Source of the DNA: Aquiflexum sp.
GTDB lineage: Bacteria > Bacteroidota > Bacteroidia > Cytophagales > Cyclobacteriaceae
Reading direction: 5' to 3'
NCBI RefSeq assembly: GCF_041749095.1
Contig: NZ_JBGTCA010000019.1
Coordinates: 22-64,021, forward strand
Length of the DNA: 64,000 nucleotides
A model generated the notes under the pieces. The model was not told the origin of the DNA and ran no database searches. It saw only the letters and a list, made by a program, of their open reading frames with translations. Shown in pieces: positions 1 through 9,994 of this stretch; position 1 is the stretch's first letter; every line of letters starts with the position of its first letter. The position numbers and the translations under genes were made by a program.

Positions 1-370
1 TTCCTAAAGCAATGTGGTCAAAATCTCTATCTCTGTGCCAAATTGGAATATCAAAATAAAGTGCATTCCATGCAATCAAACAATCATTGCTTTTCCTAAT
101 TGAAATCCCTTTTTTCTTCAGTGAAAAAAATAATTGGGCAGCACCTTCTGCGGATTGATAAGGGTCAATCTGCAGCTTTTGTAATGCATCGAGTTTCAGG
201 GATAAATTAGTAAAATCATTTTCTGTTCTGCATCCCTGCAACAACTCCTGTACTATGGTCGGGCAGATGCAAACCTGATCATTCGTAATCAGATCAAACA
301 TTCTTTGGGAAATATTGTCATTTGGATCATTTAAGAAGGGAATCCATATTGAAGTATCTATTAAAACCAT
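1..370 (-). CDS. vapC: PIN-domain toxin VapC (type II toxin-antitoxin); C-terminus cut by window edge
   Basis: My translation of the minus strand from the ATG at 370 gives MVLIDTSIWIPFLNDPNDNISQRMFDLITNDQVCICPTIVQELLQGCRTEND...NDCLIAWNALYFDIPIWHRDRDFDHIALG, open to position 1. It has a PIN-like N-terminal IDTS motif and later acidic residues. The ATG lies 4 nt after the vapB stop. It is absent from the ORF track because it runs off the edge. Confidence 0.7.
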   Translation of the reverse strand, partial: MVLIDTSIWIPFLNDPNDNISQRMFDLITNDQVCICPTIVQELLQGCRTENDFTNLSLKLDALQKLQIDPYQSAEGAAQLFFSLKKKGISIRKSNDCLIAWNALYFDIPIWHRDRDFDHIALG

Positions 371-373
371 TTT

Positions 374-565
374 TCAAATTGTTCTCATATCCTCAAGATT
401 ACCTTCCCATTTTAATTTCCCGCGAAGTTCTGCCAATTCCTTCAATTTCAACATCCTTAAATATTCCCTCAAAGCAGTATCCACGACTTCTTTTTTGGTT
501 TTGATAGCCGATTTTTCCAGAATCTCACCCATTAATTTTTCATCAATTTCAATATTTGTTCTCAT
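374..565 (-). CDS. vapB: VapB-type antitoxin (small DNA-binding antitoxin)
   Basis: This is track ORF 374..598 trimmed to the internal ATG at 565. The product MRTNIEIDEKLMGEILEKSAIKTKKEVVDTALREYL... has the typical N-terminus of the VapB antitoxin family. It sits immediately upstream of the PIN gene. Confidence 0.7.
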   Translation of the reverse strand: MRTNIEIDEKLMGEILEKSAIKTKKEVVDTALREYLRMLKLKELAELRGKLKWEGNLEDMRTI

Positions 566-586
566 GATGCAAATATATGTTATACA

Positions 587-594
587 CAAAAATA
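587..594 (-). promoter_or_regulatory. candidate Bacteroidota -7 box (TATTTTTG on minus strand) for vapBC
   Basis: The plus strand reads CAAAAATA at 587..594, 22 nt upstream of the vapB ATG. A second match (TATATTTG, 570..577) lies 5 nt from the ATG. Confidence 0.2.
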
Positions 595-655
595 ACATAA
601 ATTATACACACAAAAGTTTAATCTTTAAAAATCTGCATAATCGCATTTTAACCGA

Positions 656-663
656 TAACTTTG
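656..663 (+). promoter_or_regulatory. candidate -7 box TAACTTTG upstream of aroQ
   Basis: Exact match to TAnnTTTG, 31 nt upstream of the aroQ start. Confidence 0.35.
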
Positions 664-693
664 AACTTTCAAAACCACTAACCTCCAATCACA

Positions 694-1113
694 TTGAAAA
701 TCCTTATCATCAACGGTCCTAATCTCAATCTCTTGGGCAAAAGAGAACCGGAAATTTATGGCAGCACTTCCTTTGAAGATTATTTTGGAACGCTGAAAAC
801 AAAGTTTCCTGATCTGGAATTACACTATTTTCAAAACAATATTGAGGGGGAAATCATTGATAAAATCCATGAAGTTGGATTTGACTTTGATGCGATCCTT
901 ATCAATGCGGGCGGATACACGCATACATCTGTTGCCATTTCGGATGCCATCGCAGGAGTGACCACACCGGTATTGGAGGTACATATTTCCAATATTTACA
1001 AAAGAGAGGAATTCCGCCACAAAAGCATAATCACCAAGGAATGCGTTGGGATGATTTCGGGTCTTGGTCTCAAAGGGTATGAGCTGGGCATCCGGTTTTT
1101 TCTCAAACAGTAG
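694..1113 (+). CDS. aroQ: type II 3-dehydroquinate dehydratase
   Basis: KILIINGPNLNLLGKREPEIYG and HISNIYKREEFRH motifs, 139 aa. The first codon is TTG. Confidence 0.9.
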   Translation: MKILIINGPNLNLLGKREPEIYGSTSFEDYFGTLKTKFPDLELHYFQNNIEGEIIDKIHEVGFDFDAILINAGGYTHTSVAISDAIAGVTTPVLEVHISNIYKREEFRHKSIITKECVGMISGLGLKGYELGIRFFLKQ

Positions 1114-1230
1114 GTTTCGGAACCCAATATCTTAATATCAAAATATCAACAAATATCCATCAGCTACGGATTCAATGGTTGTGAATTCGTTAAGCCATTC
1201 CAACCTTCAACTCCCTTAAATATAAAAACA

Positions 1231-2286
1231 ATGATCACATTTGCACCGGGACCTTCCAAGGTCTATGACAGCCTTCCCCCATACATGCAGGATGCCTATG
1301 AAAAAGGCATTTTGAGCGCAAATCACCGTTCTGCTGTTTTCATGCATCTCTATCAGGAAACAGAAACACTGATGCGGGAAAAGCTCCATGTGCCTGAGGA
1401 TTACAAATTACTTTTCACCTCTTCAGCGACAGAGAATTGGGAGATCATTTCCCAATCCATAGTGCAGTCTGCAGGTTATCATATTTTTTCCGGTTCATTT
1501 GGCAAGAAATGGTTTGATTATGCCAAATACATCGAACCTAAATGCCATGCCCATAAATTAGAGTCAGATCAAACTATTGATGTGCAAAATCTGGAGATCG
1601 GGGAAGAATTCGATGTGATTGCCATAACCCAAAACGAGACATCAAATGCCACTCAGGTCACCAATCGGACCATCGCTGACATTGCCAATAAATATCCCGG
1701 GAAAATGATAGCTGTGGATACCACTTCTTCCATGGGAGGAATTGAGCTGGAATTTAGATTGGCAGACATTTGGTATGCTTCAGTACAGAAATGTTTTGGA
1801 CTGCCTGCAGGTTTGGGGATTTTGATTATTTCTCCTAAAGCCATTGAAAAGGCAAAATACAAGGGCGAAAAAGGGAGATATAACAGCCTGAACTTTATGC
1901 TAGAAAATGCTGAAAACTATCAGACCCATTACACCCCAAATGTCTTTGGTATTTATTTACTGTTTAGGGTATTAAAGGACATTCCTGAAATCCAGCATAT
2001 AGACCAAAAAACCAAAGAACGCATGAGGATCTTGGAAGACACTATTGCCAAAACAGGAAAATTAAGAATGCTGATCCAAAATCCTGAAGCCAGAAGCAGC
2101 ACGGTCCTGGCGATCACAGGAAGAGACGAACTGATCACTGAAGTCAAAAAATCTGCAGAAAAAGTTGGTATGCAGATGGGTAGTGGATATGGGCCATTGA
2201 AAGCAAGCAGTTTCAGGATAGCCAATTTCCCGGCTATCTCTGATACGGAATTTCAAAATCTGATCGATTTTCTCAAAAAATATTAG
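1231..2286 (+). CDS. class V (SerC-like) PLP-dependent aminotransferase
   Basis: 351 aa. The N-terminal FAPGPS and the SVQKCFGLPAGLG lysine region resemble phosphoserine aminotransferase but are divergent. Confidence 0.6.
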   Translation: MITFAPGPSKVYDSLPPYMQDAYEKGILSANHRSAVFMHLYQETETLMREKLHVPEDYKLLFTSSATENWEIISQSIVQSAGYHIFSGSFGKKWFDYAKYIEPKCHAHKLESDQTIDVQNLEIGEEFDVIAITQNETSNATQVTNRTIADIANKYPGKMIAVDTTSSMGGIELEFRLADIWYASVQKCFGLPAGLGILIISPKAIEKAKYKGEKGRYNSLNFMLENAENYQTHYTPNVFGIYLLFRVLKDIPEIQHIDQKTKERMRILEDTIAKTGKLRMLIQNPEARSSTVLAITGRDELITEVKKSAEKVGMQMGSGYGPLKASSFRIANFPAISDTEFQNLIDFLKKY

Positions 2287-2315
2287 ACCTCCATTAATCT
2301 ACTTTTCTTTGCATC

Positions 2316-2765
2316 ATGATTACAATCTTTACAGACGGTGCCTCCAAAGGCAATCCCGGGCCGGGTGGTTATGGAGTAGTGATGAAATACAACCAACATC
2401 GAAAAGAACTTTCAGGCGGTTACAGACTCACTACCAACAACAGGATGGAACTCCTGGCAGTCATCCGTGCCCTCCAGGAACTGAAAGCAAGGGGTATCCC
2501 AGTGACAATTTACTCAGACAGCAAGTATGTCGTGGATGCCATTGAAAAGGGTTGGCTATGGAGTTGGCAGAAAAAGGGATTCAAGGACAAGAAGAATATC
2601 GATCTCTGGAAAATATATATTCCATTGCACGTCAGGTACAAGCCGAAGTTCATGTGGGTAAAAGGCCATGCCGGACACCTTGAAAATGAACGCTGCGATC
2701 AATTGGCCGTAGCAGCGGCGGAAATGCCCAATTTACCTGCTGATGAGGGATATGAGAATCTTTGA
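2316..2765 (+). CDS. rnhA: ribonuclease HI
   Basis: IFTDGASKGNPGPGGYG, NNRMEL and WVKGHAGHLENERCDQLA motifs, 149 aa. Confidence 0.9.
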   Translation: MITIFTDGASKGNPGPGGYGVVMKYNQHRKELSGGYRLTTNNRMELLAVIRALQELKARGIPVTIYSDSKYVVDAIEKGWLWSWQKKGFKDKKNIDLWKIYIPLHVRYKPKFMWVKGHAGHLENERCDQLAVAAAEMPNLPADEGYENL

Positions 2766-2787
2766 TTTGAGTTTCTGTAAATAGACA

Positions 2788-2810
2788 GAAGACGGAAGAC
2801 GGAAGACGGA
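2788..2810. repeat. tandem heptamer (GAAGACG)x3 plus a partial copy
   Basis: Read directly: cagaagacggaagacggaagacggaac, just downstream of the rnhA stop. Confidence 0.9.
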
Positions 2811-2894
2811 ACATGGCATGAGTCGATATTTTGGACAGCTTTTTAGATCGCTAATTATTTAATCTTTGATCCTTTTAAAAGACTGTTCACTAAA

Positions 2895-3608
2895 ATGAAA
2901 GACGCTGTATTCCGGTTCAAACAATTTGCTGTGCAACAGGACAGGTGCGCCATGAAAATCAGCACTGATGGGGTAGTTTTGGGAGCATTTGCAGGTCGGG
3001 GAAATCCACAAAGAATTCTGGATATCGGAGCAGGAACAGGGGTTGTTTCATTGATGTTGGCACAAAGATTTCCTGAGGCCACGATTACAGGGATTGAAAT
3101 TGACAAAGATGCTTTTGAACAGGCCTCAGAAAATGTATGCAAAAGTCCTTGGAGTAACCGCATAAAAATGATTAACCAAAGCTTTCAGGAATTTTATAAC
3201 CAACATGATGGAAAGTTTGATTTGATTGTCAGCAATCCCCCCTTTTTTCCAAAACACTTAAAATCACCTGATCCAAAAAAAAATTTGGCTTTACACAATG
3301 ACAGTCTATCTTTCGGTGAACTGGCAAATGGCATAAAAAGGTTATTGGAGAATGATGGACATTTTTGGCTGATTCTACCCCCTGAACAAATGGATACAAT
3401 CAATAGAATTCTTGAATTTTTAGGTTTTTTTGTTTTTGAAAAACTGGATTTAAGAGATAAACCAGCTAAAAATATTATTAGGACAATTCAGGCTTTTTCT
3501 TTTTCAAAAGGAGAAATAAAAAATTCTGATATGCATATTAAAGATAAATCAGGGAAATACTCAAAAGATTATTCTGAACTACTCCAACAGTTTCTTATCA
3601 TATTTTAG
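2895..3608 (+). CDS. trmN6: tRNA (adenine-N6)-methyltransferase, YfiC/TrmN6-like
   Basis: FRFKQFAVQQDRCAMKISTDGVVLGAFA N-terminus, SAM motif LDIGAGTGVVSL and NPPFF catalytic motif. Confidence 0.7.
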   Translation: MKDAVFRFKQFAVQQDRCAMKISTDGVVLGAFAGRGNPQRILDIGAGTGVVSLMLAQRFPEATITGIEIDKDAFEQASENVCKSPWSNRIKMINQSFQEFYNQHDGKFDLIVSNPPFFPKHLKSPDPKKNLALHNDSLSFGELANGIKRLLENDGHFWLILPPEQMDTINRILEFLGFFVFEKLDLRDKPAKNIIRTIQAFSFSKGEIKNSDMHIKDKSGKYSKDYSELLQQFLIIF

Positions 3609-3695
3609 TTTTTATATAGTCTGACCATAACAAAATGTTTTTTTTAAATCCATTATTGCTGTACTTTTAAACCCTATTTTATAAGAGTTAAATTA

Positions 3696-5156
3696 ATGAA
3701 TAAGAGTAATATTGGTGTCATATCATTTCTGGTGATTTTAATGGGTATTTTTTCGTCTTGTGAAGAAGAAAATATAATACCCCCCTCACTGATCACCGAA
3801 GAAGTTATTTATCTGAGTGGAGAGCGGGTCAGATTACTTGGAAGGATCCTCACTACCCAAAATATCAATGCAAATGACCATGGTTTTTATGTGGCTGAAA
3901 ATGAGGCCTTTAATCAGCCATTGATCATTTCCTTGGGGGAAAGAATCAACCCGGGCAGATTTATTGGAGAAATTGAGGCGCTGACCATTGAACGCACCTA
4001 CTATGCTAAGTCCTTTATCAATATAGGTGGAGAGATTCAATTCGGCAATGTTTTACAACTCACGACCCTCTCCCCTCAAATTCAAAGTTTTTCTCCAAAT
4101 AATGGCCCGGCAGGAACTCTCATAACCATAACGGGTAAAAATTTTACTTCGGATACCCAAATATTAATCGGGAACAGGCCAGCTGAAATTCAGTCAATAG
4201 AATTTGAATCAAGGATTACGGCAAAAATTCCTCCCCCTGGTTCAACAGCTAGGGAAACTGTGACTATAATTATTCAGGGAAGGGAATTTGTTCTTAACCA
4301 ACAGTATGAATATCCTACAGGAACATTTACGAAGCTCCCAAATCCACCTATATCTATTCGGCTGAAAGGAAATATTTTTTTTCAGGACAATGAAAATTTC
4401 TATTTGGGTTTGGGAACCAATGCTGATAATTCATTGAATTCTAAAATCTGGAAATATAATCTTGGTACCGAGCAATGGTCTGAGGAAACTTTTCAAGGCA
4501 ACCCATTGTGGCTGGCTTTTTCCACAAATAATTATTTTGGTGGTGGTTCAAGTACTATTGCATTCTCACCATATGTACCAAGTCGGGATTTTTGGAGAAT
4601 TCAAAATGGGAATTTTGAGAAATTGCCTGATTTACCATTTGCAGTTATAGAACCGGTTTCATTTGAAACCAATCAAAATCTATATGTAAGCGGCGGGTTA
4701 ATTGGGAACAGTAATTTCAAATATTCGAAATCTTCCGGTGAATGGAGAAGTATCAATCCTGCCCCGGTTTCTTTAAATAAAACTGATTTATATTTTGTCC
4801 ACAATGACAAATTATATATAGCGAGTTCAACCAACAAACAGATTTATCTGTTTGATCCAGAGACAGAAGAATGGAGTTTCTTCGGTATATATCCCGGAGA
4901 TTTAGTGGGAGGAAGTGCTGGATTTGGAGTTACCATTGGTGACCGGGTCTTTGCCGGTTTAAATTATAGGTCTGTTCAGGTATGGGAACTCAATATGGTG
5001 CCAGGTTCAAATTGGATCAAGAAAAATGATTTTATTGGCACACCGTTAGCCTGGAATATTGGAGTTTTTTCAGATGGGGAGTTCATATACTTGGTAAGGA
5101 GGCTAGATCTTTCCGGCCAAATAGAATTCTGGAAATTTGATCCAAACAGGTTTTAA
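3696..5156 (+). CDS. lipoprotein with IPT/TIG domain and Kelch-like beta-propeller repeats
   Basis: Signal peptide with lipobox (GIFSSC). The IPT-like segment is SPQIQSFSPNNGPAGTLITITGKNFTSDTQILIGNRPAEIQS. The C-terminal half has repeated W/G-rich blades. Confidence 0.6.
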   Translation: MNKSNIGVISFLVILMGIFSSCEEENIIPPSLITEEVIYLSGERVRLLGRILTTQNINANDHGFYVAENEAFNQPLIISLGERINPGRFIGEIEALTIERTYYAKSFINIGGEIQFGNVLQLTTLSPQIQSFSPNNGPAGTLITITGKNFTSDTQILIGNRPAEIQSIEFESRITAKIPPPGSTARETVTIIIQGREFVLNQQYEYPTGTFTKLPNPPISIRLKGNIFFQDNENFYLGLGTNADNSLNSKIWKYNLGTEQWSEETFQGNPLWLAFSTNNYFGGGSSTIAFSPYVPSRDFWRIQNGNFEKLPDLPFAVIEPVSFETNQNLYVSGGLIGNSNFKYSKSSGEWRSINPAPVSLNKTDLYFVHNDKLYIASSTNKQIYLFDPETEEWSFFGIYPGDLVGGSAGFGVTIGDRVFAGLNYRSVQVWELNMVPGSNWIKKNDFIGTPLAWNIGVFSDGEFIYLVRRLDLSGQIEFWKFDPNRF

Positions 5157-5167
5157 ATAAAGATTAT

Positions 5168-7567
5168 ATGAGAAAAATTTTACAATTAATATTTTTTCTT
5201 TTCCTGGTTGGTATTTCTGCAAATGCGCAGCAAAAAAATGTCGTGGGAAGGGATATCGGACAATTAAAAGACCTCAAAATAGGTGGCCGGATCATCGATC
5301 AGATCACAGGTGAACCTTTGGTGGGAGCTACAATTACCGTTCGCGAACTGACACAAACAGAAATTACAAGTACCAACGGCACCTTTAATCTGGTTTTGGA
5401 CAGAGCAGAATACACGCTTGAGATCAGGTATGTTGGTTATGAAACCGTATTATATCCTTTTGTAGCAGTGGGCGATGGAAGGATAAGTCTAACCATGATT
5501 CAAGAAGACTTTACATTGGATGATGTGGTTATCTATGGTAGGGATCCTGAGAAAAACATCAGAAGCACAGATATGGGTGCCATCAGCATCAGCATGAATA
5601 CACTGAGGGAATTACCTCCATTTCTTGGAGAAGTGGATATTATAAGAAGCATTGCTACTCTTCCTGGCGTTAGTCAGGTGGGGGAAGCTTCATCAGGATT
5701 AAATGTAAGAGGAGGAGGGGCTGATCAAAACCTTATTATGTTTGCGGGTGCACCTATATATAATCCTTCTCACCTTTTCGGTTTGTTCACGGCTTTCAAT
5801 CCTGATGTGGTAAATGATTTCACTTTATATAAGGCGATAATCCCGACCAAATACGGAGGAAGAGGGTCATCCATCTTGGATATCACACCAAAATCAGGAA
5901 GTCTGACCAATTGGGGCGGTGACCTAATGGTAGGTACAGTTTCAGGTAAAATCGGATTTAATGGTCCTGTCATCAAAGACAAGGTCTCTGCTAAAGTCGG
6001 TGTAAGAGGATCTTATATTAACTGGTTGCTCGGGTCGCTGAACAATGCCGATCTGAGGACAAGCCAGGCCAATTTCAATGATGTGAACGGAATTCTATAT
6101 GGCGAAATCAATGATAACCATAATGTCACCTATAGCTTCTACCGTAGTTATGATGATTTTGCACTGGCATCTGACACCACCATTTCATGGACAAATATGA
6201 GCCATACGCTAAGTTATCAGGGGAGATTTTCTGAAAAGTTTTCTGTCAATGCCATAGGATTTTCCACGTTGTATGATTTTACCATTTTCAATCAATCAGG
6301 TATCAATAATTTCGACCTCAATTCAGGAATCATTGACAATGGCTTAAGGTTGAACTTTACTTATGCCCTGAGTGAAAGGAACAGAATCACCTTTGGCGGA
6401 GATACTAAAAACCTTACCATCAACCCGGGAGAACTAATACCGGGAGTTGTCAACGGAGAATCTACCATTCTTCCCCAATTGGTGCAAAGCGAATATGCCA
6501 GAGAGTCAGGCTTATATCTTCAACATGAACTTGAATTGGGGGAAAAATTCGGTTTTTCCTATGGAATGAGATACGACATGTACCAATATTATGGGCCTCG
6601 GACTGTCAGGGAATATGCCCCAAATCTTCCACTGAATGCTGGAAATGTCATCGGTGAAAGAACTTATGGAGATGGCGAACTTATCCAATCTTATGATGGC
6701 TGGGGTCCAAGGGCTTCTATTCGCTATTCTATAGATTCCAGGACCTCCATCAAAGGTGGCTACAACAAAATGTACCAGTTTATCCATTTGATCTCGAATA
6801 CTGCCACCATAGCTCCGACAGATATTTGGAAGTTGAGTGACCGATTTTTGAAGCCACAGATTGTAGATCAGTATTCCCTGGGGATATATAAAAACTTCAG
6901 AGGAAATATTTTTGAGACCTCAGTAGAAGTATATTACAAAGACATTCAAAATGTGGTGGAATACAAAGACGGAGCAAAGCTTTTGCTACAGAACAATCTT
7001 GAAACAGAAATCATACCAGGGGAAGGAAGGGCTTATGGGGTTGAAGTCTATGCAAAGAAAAATCTTGGTAGAATCACCGGTTGGGCAAGTTATACCTATT
7101 CCAGAACCTTTAGGAGAGTCATTACACCTTTCGAGGAAGAGATAATCAATGATGGAGAATGGTACCCTGCCAATTTTGATAAACCACATGACTTGACTTT
7201 GATCGGAAATTATAAAATGGCATCCAATGTTTCCCTTTCGGCTACCTTTTCCTACAGTACAGGAAGACCTGTGACATTCCCGGAAGCTAAATTTGATTTT
7301 GCAGGTAATTCCCTCGCATTTTTTAGAAACCGGAATCTTCAAAGAATTCCTGATTTTCATAGGTTAGATCTTTCTTTAAATTTCCAGTTGAAAGGTAAAG
7401 GTAAATTCTATGATGGTGACTGGACATTTGCTGTAATGAATGTTTATGGAAGGAAAAACCCATTTTCGATCTTTTTTGCCGACCAGCCCGGTTCTCCACC
7501 ACAAGCCTATAGACTTGCAATACTTGGTGTGCCACTTCCTACTTTGAGTTATTCGATGAAATTCTGA
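5168..7567 (+). CDS. TonB-dependent outer-membrane receptor with N-terminal CarboxypepD_reg domain
   Basis: 799 aa with a signal peptide, GRIIDQITGEPLVGATITV (carboxypeptidase-regulatory-like), a plug region and a C-terminal aromatic residue (..YSMKF). It starts 11 nt after the IPT gene. Confidence 0.85.
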   Translation: MRKILQLIFFLFLVGISANAQQKNVVGRDIGQLKDLKIGGRIIDQITGEPLVGATITVRELTQTEITSTNGTFNLVLDRAEYTLEIRYVGYETVLYPFVAVGDGRISLTMIQEDFTLDDVVIYGRDPEKNIRSTDMGAISISMNTLRELPPFLGEVDIIRSIATLPGVSQVGEASSGLNVRGGGADQNLIMFAGAPIYNPSHLFGLFTAFNPDVVNDFTLYKAIIPTKYGGRGSSILDITPKSGSLTNWGGDLMVGTVSGKIGFNGPVIKDKVSAKVGVRGSYINWLLGSLNNADLRTSQANFNDVNGILYGEINDNHNVTYSFYRSYDDFALASDTTISWTNMSHTLSYQGRFSEKFSVNAIGFSTLYDFTIFNQSGINNFDLNSGIIDNGLRLNFTYALSERNRITFGGDTKNLTINPGELIPGVVNGESTILPQLVQSEYARESGLYLQHELELGEKFGFSYGMRYDMYQYYGPRTVREYAPNLPLNAGNVIGERTYGDGELIQSYDGWGPRASIRYSIDSRTSIKGGYNKMYQFIHLISNTATIAPTDIWKLSDRFLKPQIVDQYSLGIYKNFRGNIFETSVEVYYKDIQNVVEYKDGAKLLLQNNLETEIIPGEGRAYGVEVYAKKNLGRITGWASYTYSRTFRRVITPFEEEIINDGEWYPANFDKPHDLTLIGNYKMASNVSLSATFSYSTGRPVTFPEAKFDFAGNSLAFFRNRNLQRIPDFHRLDLSLNFQLKGKGKFYDGDWTFAVMNVYGRKNPFSIFFADQPGSPPQAYRLAILGVPLPTLSYSMKF

Positions 7568-8631
7568 TGAACATGTTGAAAAGATTGATTTATATATTAT
7601 TGATTATCCCTATTTCCTGTATTGATCCCTATAAGATCGATATCCCCCAAGGTACTCAACTGCTAACGGTCGATGGTTTTATAACCACCGATCCCGGGCC
7701 GCATTTGATAAGATTGACCAGAAGTGATACCTATGGTAGTGTATTTGAGGGCCTAATCAGGCCTGTAACCAGGGCAACAGTAGGTATAAGGGACAGCGAG
7801 GGAAATGTAACCTTCCTCGATGAACTGGCAAATGACGGTGTCTATGCCACGCCTGCAGGTTTTAGGGCAAGGGTTGGGATTTCATATTCCTTACAGATCA
7901 ATTTACAGACCGGTAAGTCTTACACTTCCCTTCCTGAAAGAGTAGAATCTGTCCCTCAAATTGATTCACTTTCTTACAAGTCTATAAAATTTAATACCAA
8001 TGACAGGTTAACAGACATAATCGGTGTTCAAGTATTTGCCCACTTTACAGATCCAAGTGATCAGGCAAATTTCTATTATTGGAGAAATGGTACTTCCACA
8101 TTTGTATTGGTAGCCAACCCGGAACTGTACACTTTACCTCCGAATCATCCCGAAAATCCAAGAGGCCCGGCTCCTAAAGACTGCTGCGCGATTTGTTTTG
8201 TCGATGATGAATCCAGAATTCAAAGATTCACTCTTGCTTCCGATGAGAACTTCAATGGCCTGTCCCAACGACTTCCAGTCCTGTTTATTGAAGATAATGG
8301 ATTGAGGTTTAGACAAACCTACAGGGCAGAAATACAACAAATGGCAATTTCAAGTGAAGCACATAGGTTTCTGAGTTTGATTGAGCAGCAAACAAATCTC
8401 ACGGGAAGTGTTTTTGACAATCCTCCTGCCAGTATTAGAGGAAATATCATAAGTTTAGATGATCCTGATGAGACGGTTTTAGGCTACTTTATTGCCGGCT
8501 CGGTCGATAAAAAAAATGTCTACATTGAAAACAATAAACTTGAATTCCGTCAAACACCCGGAATAATTCCGGATGATTGTCTTACGGTAAGCGGAGCCAG
8601 ACTCAATCCTCCGGCAGATTGGAACCCGTAA
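7567..8631 (+). CDS. DUF4249-family lipoprotein
   Basis: 354 aa. The N-terminal ISCIDPYKIDIPQGTQLLTVDGFIT is typical of DUF4249. The start overlaps the receptor stop (TGATG). Confidence 0.7.
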   Translation: MNMLKRLIYILLIIPISCIDPYKIDIPQGTQLLTVDGFITTDPGPHLIRLTRSDTYGSVFEGLIRPVTRATVGIRDSEGNVTFLDELANDGVYATPAGFRARVGISYSLQINLQTGKSYTSLPERVESVPQIDSLSYKSIKFNTNDRLTDIIGVQVFAHFTDPSDQANFYYWRNGTSTFVLVANPELYTLPPNHPENPRGPAPKDCCAICFVDDESRIQRFTLASDENFNGLSQRLPVLFIEDNGLRFRQTYRAEIQQMAISSEAHRFLSLIEQQTNLTGSVFDNPPASIRGNIISLDDPDETVLGYFIAGSVDKKNVYIENNKLEFRQTPGIIPDDCLTVSGARLNPPADWNP

Positions 8632-8662
8632 GGAAATTAATTTGCAATAACTCCAATAATAA

Positions 8663-9994
8663 CTACAGAAGCTTGATCCTTTCTTCGAATACAATCCCTT
8701 CTTTTTCCAAAGCCCCTAAAATAGGCTCATAAATTTCGGATAGAACAGGAACGTGTAAGCCCCTCACATTGATTTTACCATCCAAAAACAGATCAACGGC
8801 AATGGCCAATGGCAGACCAACTGTCTTGGCCATTGCAGTATGTTCCTGATTTACTCCTTTGCATACCAGGCTGGAAACTATATCCTTCTTTCCTTCGGGA
8901 GTCTCAATCTCAAATAGATGCTGCATGACAATCATGTCTTTATCTTGATGTCCCAACTTCCACTTTTCTTTCAAAATCTCCTCTAAAATTGAAGCCGGAC
9001 TTCCTGTTTTTTTTGGTATTGGACTATCAGAAAACATTCCTAACCATTCGATTTTCTCGAGTATTTCGCTACCGACCCATGGTAGAAGTTCCTGAAGTTT
9101 TTCCTCCACCGATTTGGTCTCATGAAAAGGCAAAAATGAATTAAAAAACATCCTATGTGAAAATCCCGTAGGCAACTCCATCTGAAAAGAGTCGTCTGTG
9201 ATTCCCAATTGCACAAAGACATCCCAACTTTGACAAAACCCAGCTCTTCTTAAAGTCCCTCTCAGCAATGTAGGGATTTCATTAAGTCCATAAATCTTTC
9301 TATAACTCAAAGAATCCCTGTTTGGATAGCCTTCAAAATCACCAACTTTGTCAAATCTGATTTTCTCCAGTCTCCTGTAAAGCATGTGATAGGGTATATA
9401 TTTGAGTTCTCCATTTTGGATAAACCGAGAAGTCCCCTGACCTGCAAGGACAACATTTCTAGGATTCCAGGTAAATTTATATTTCCAAGGGTTATTCTCA
9501 CTTTCAGGCGCTAGTAACCCACCTGTATAGGACTTAAAAGAAGTGACCCTATTGCCTGTTTTTTTTTCATCATTGATAATTTTCATAGCAGACATGTGAT
9601 CCAAACCCGGATCTAATCCACATTCATTTAGAAAAAGGAGGTTCTTGGCTTCTATTTCACTTTTCATTTCCCTCATTTCCCCGGATTCATAGGAAGCGGA
9701 GAAAAAATGTTTGCCCAATTCCAGACAGTCCTTTGCGATGATCGGATGCAAAAAAGCAGGAAGCATTGAAATCACCACATCTGATTCTTCGATAAGGGCT
9801 TTTCTTTTCTCTTCATCTTCCAAGTTTATACACACAGCTTTGCCTGACCCATGGTCCTTCAGCTTTTCGGCAGCAATCTCCACAGAAACATCTGCTACAA
9901 TAATTTTTCTTTTTTTTGGTACAGCTGTCTCCAAAAGATATTCAATTAGAAAAACGGATGATTTCCCTGCACCGAGGATCAGTATTGTTTGCAT
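8663..9994 (-). CDS. saccharopine dehydrogenase family protein
   Basis: 443 aa, Rossmann N-terminus ILILGAGKSSVFLIEYLL, family-typical length. Confidence 0.75.
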   Translation of the reverse strand: MQTILILGAGKSSVFLIEYLLETAVPKKRKIIVADVSVEIAAEKLKDHGSGKAVCINLEDEEKRKALIEESDVVISMLPAFLHPIIAKDCLELGKHFFSASYESGEMREMKSEIEAKNLLFLNECGLDPGLDHMSAMKIINDEKKTGNRVTSFKSYTGGLLAPESENNPWKYKFTWNPRNVVLAGQGTSRFIQNGELKYIPYHMLYRRLEKIRFDKVGDFEGYPNRDSLSYRKIYGLNEIPTLLRGTLRRAGFCQSWDVFVQLGITDDSFQMELPTGFSHRMFFNSFLPFHETKSVEEKLQELLPWVGSEILEKIEWLGMFSDSPIPKKTGSPASILEEILKEKWKLGHQDKDMIVMQHLFEIETPEGKKDIVSSLVCKGVNQEHTAMAKTVGLPLAIAVDLFLDGKINVRGLHVPVLSEIYEPILGALEKEGIVFEERIKLL

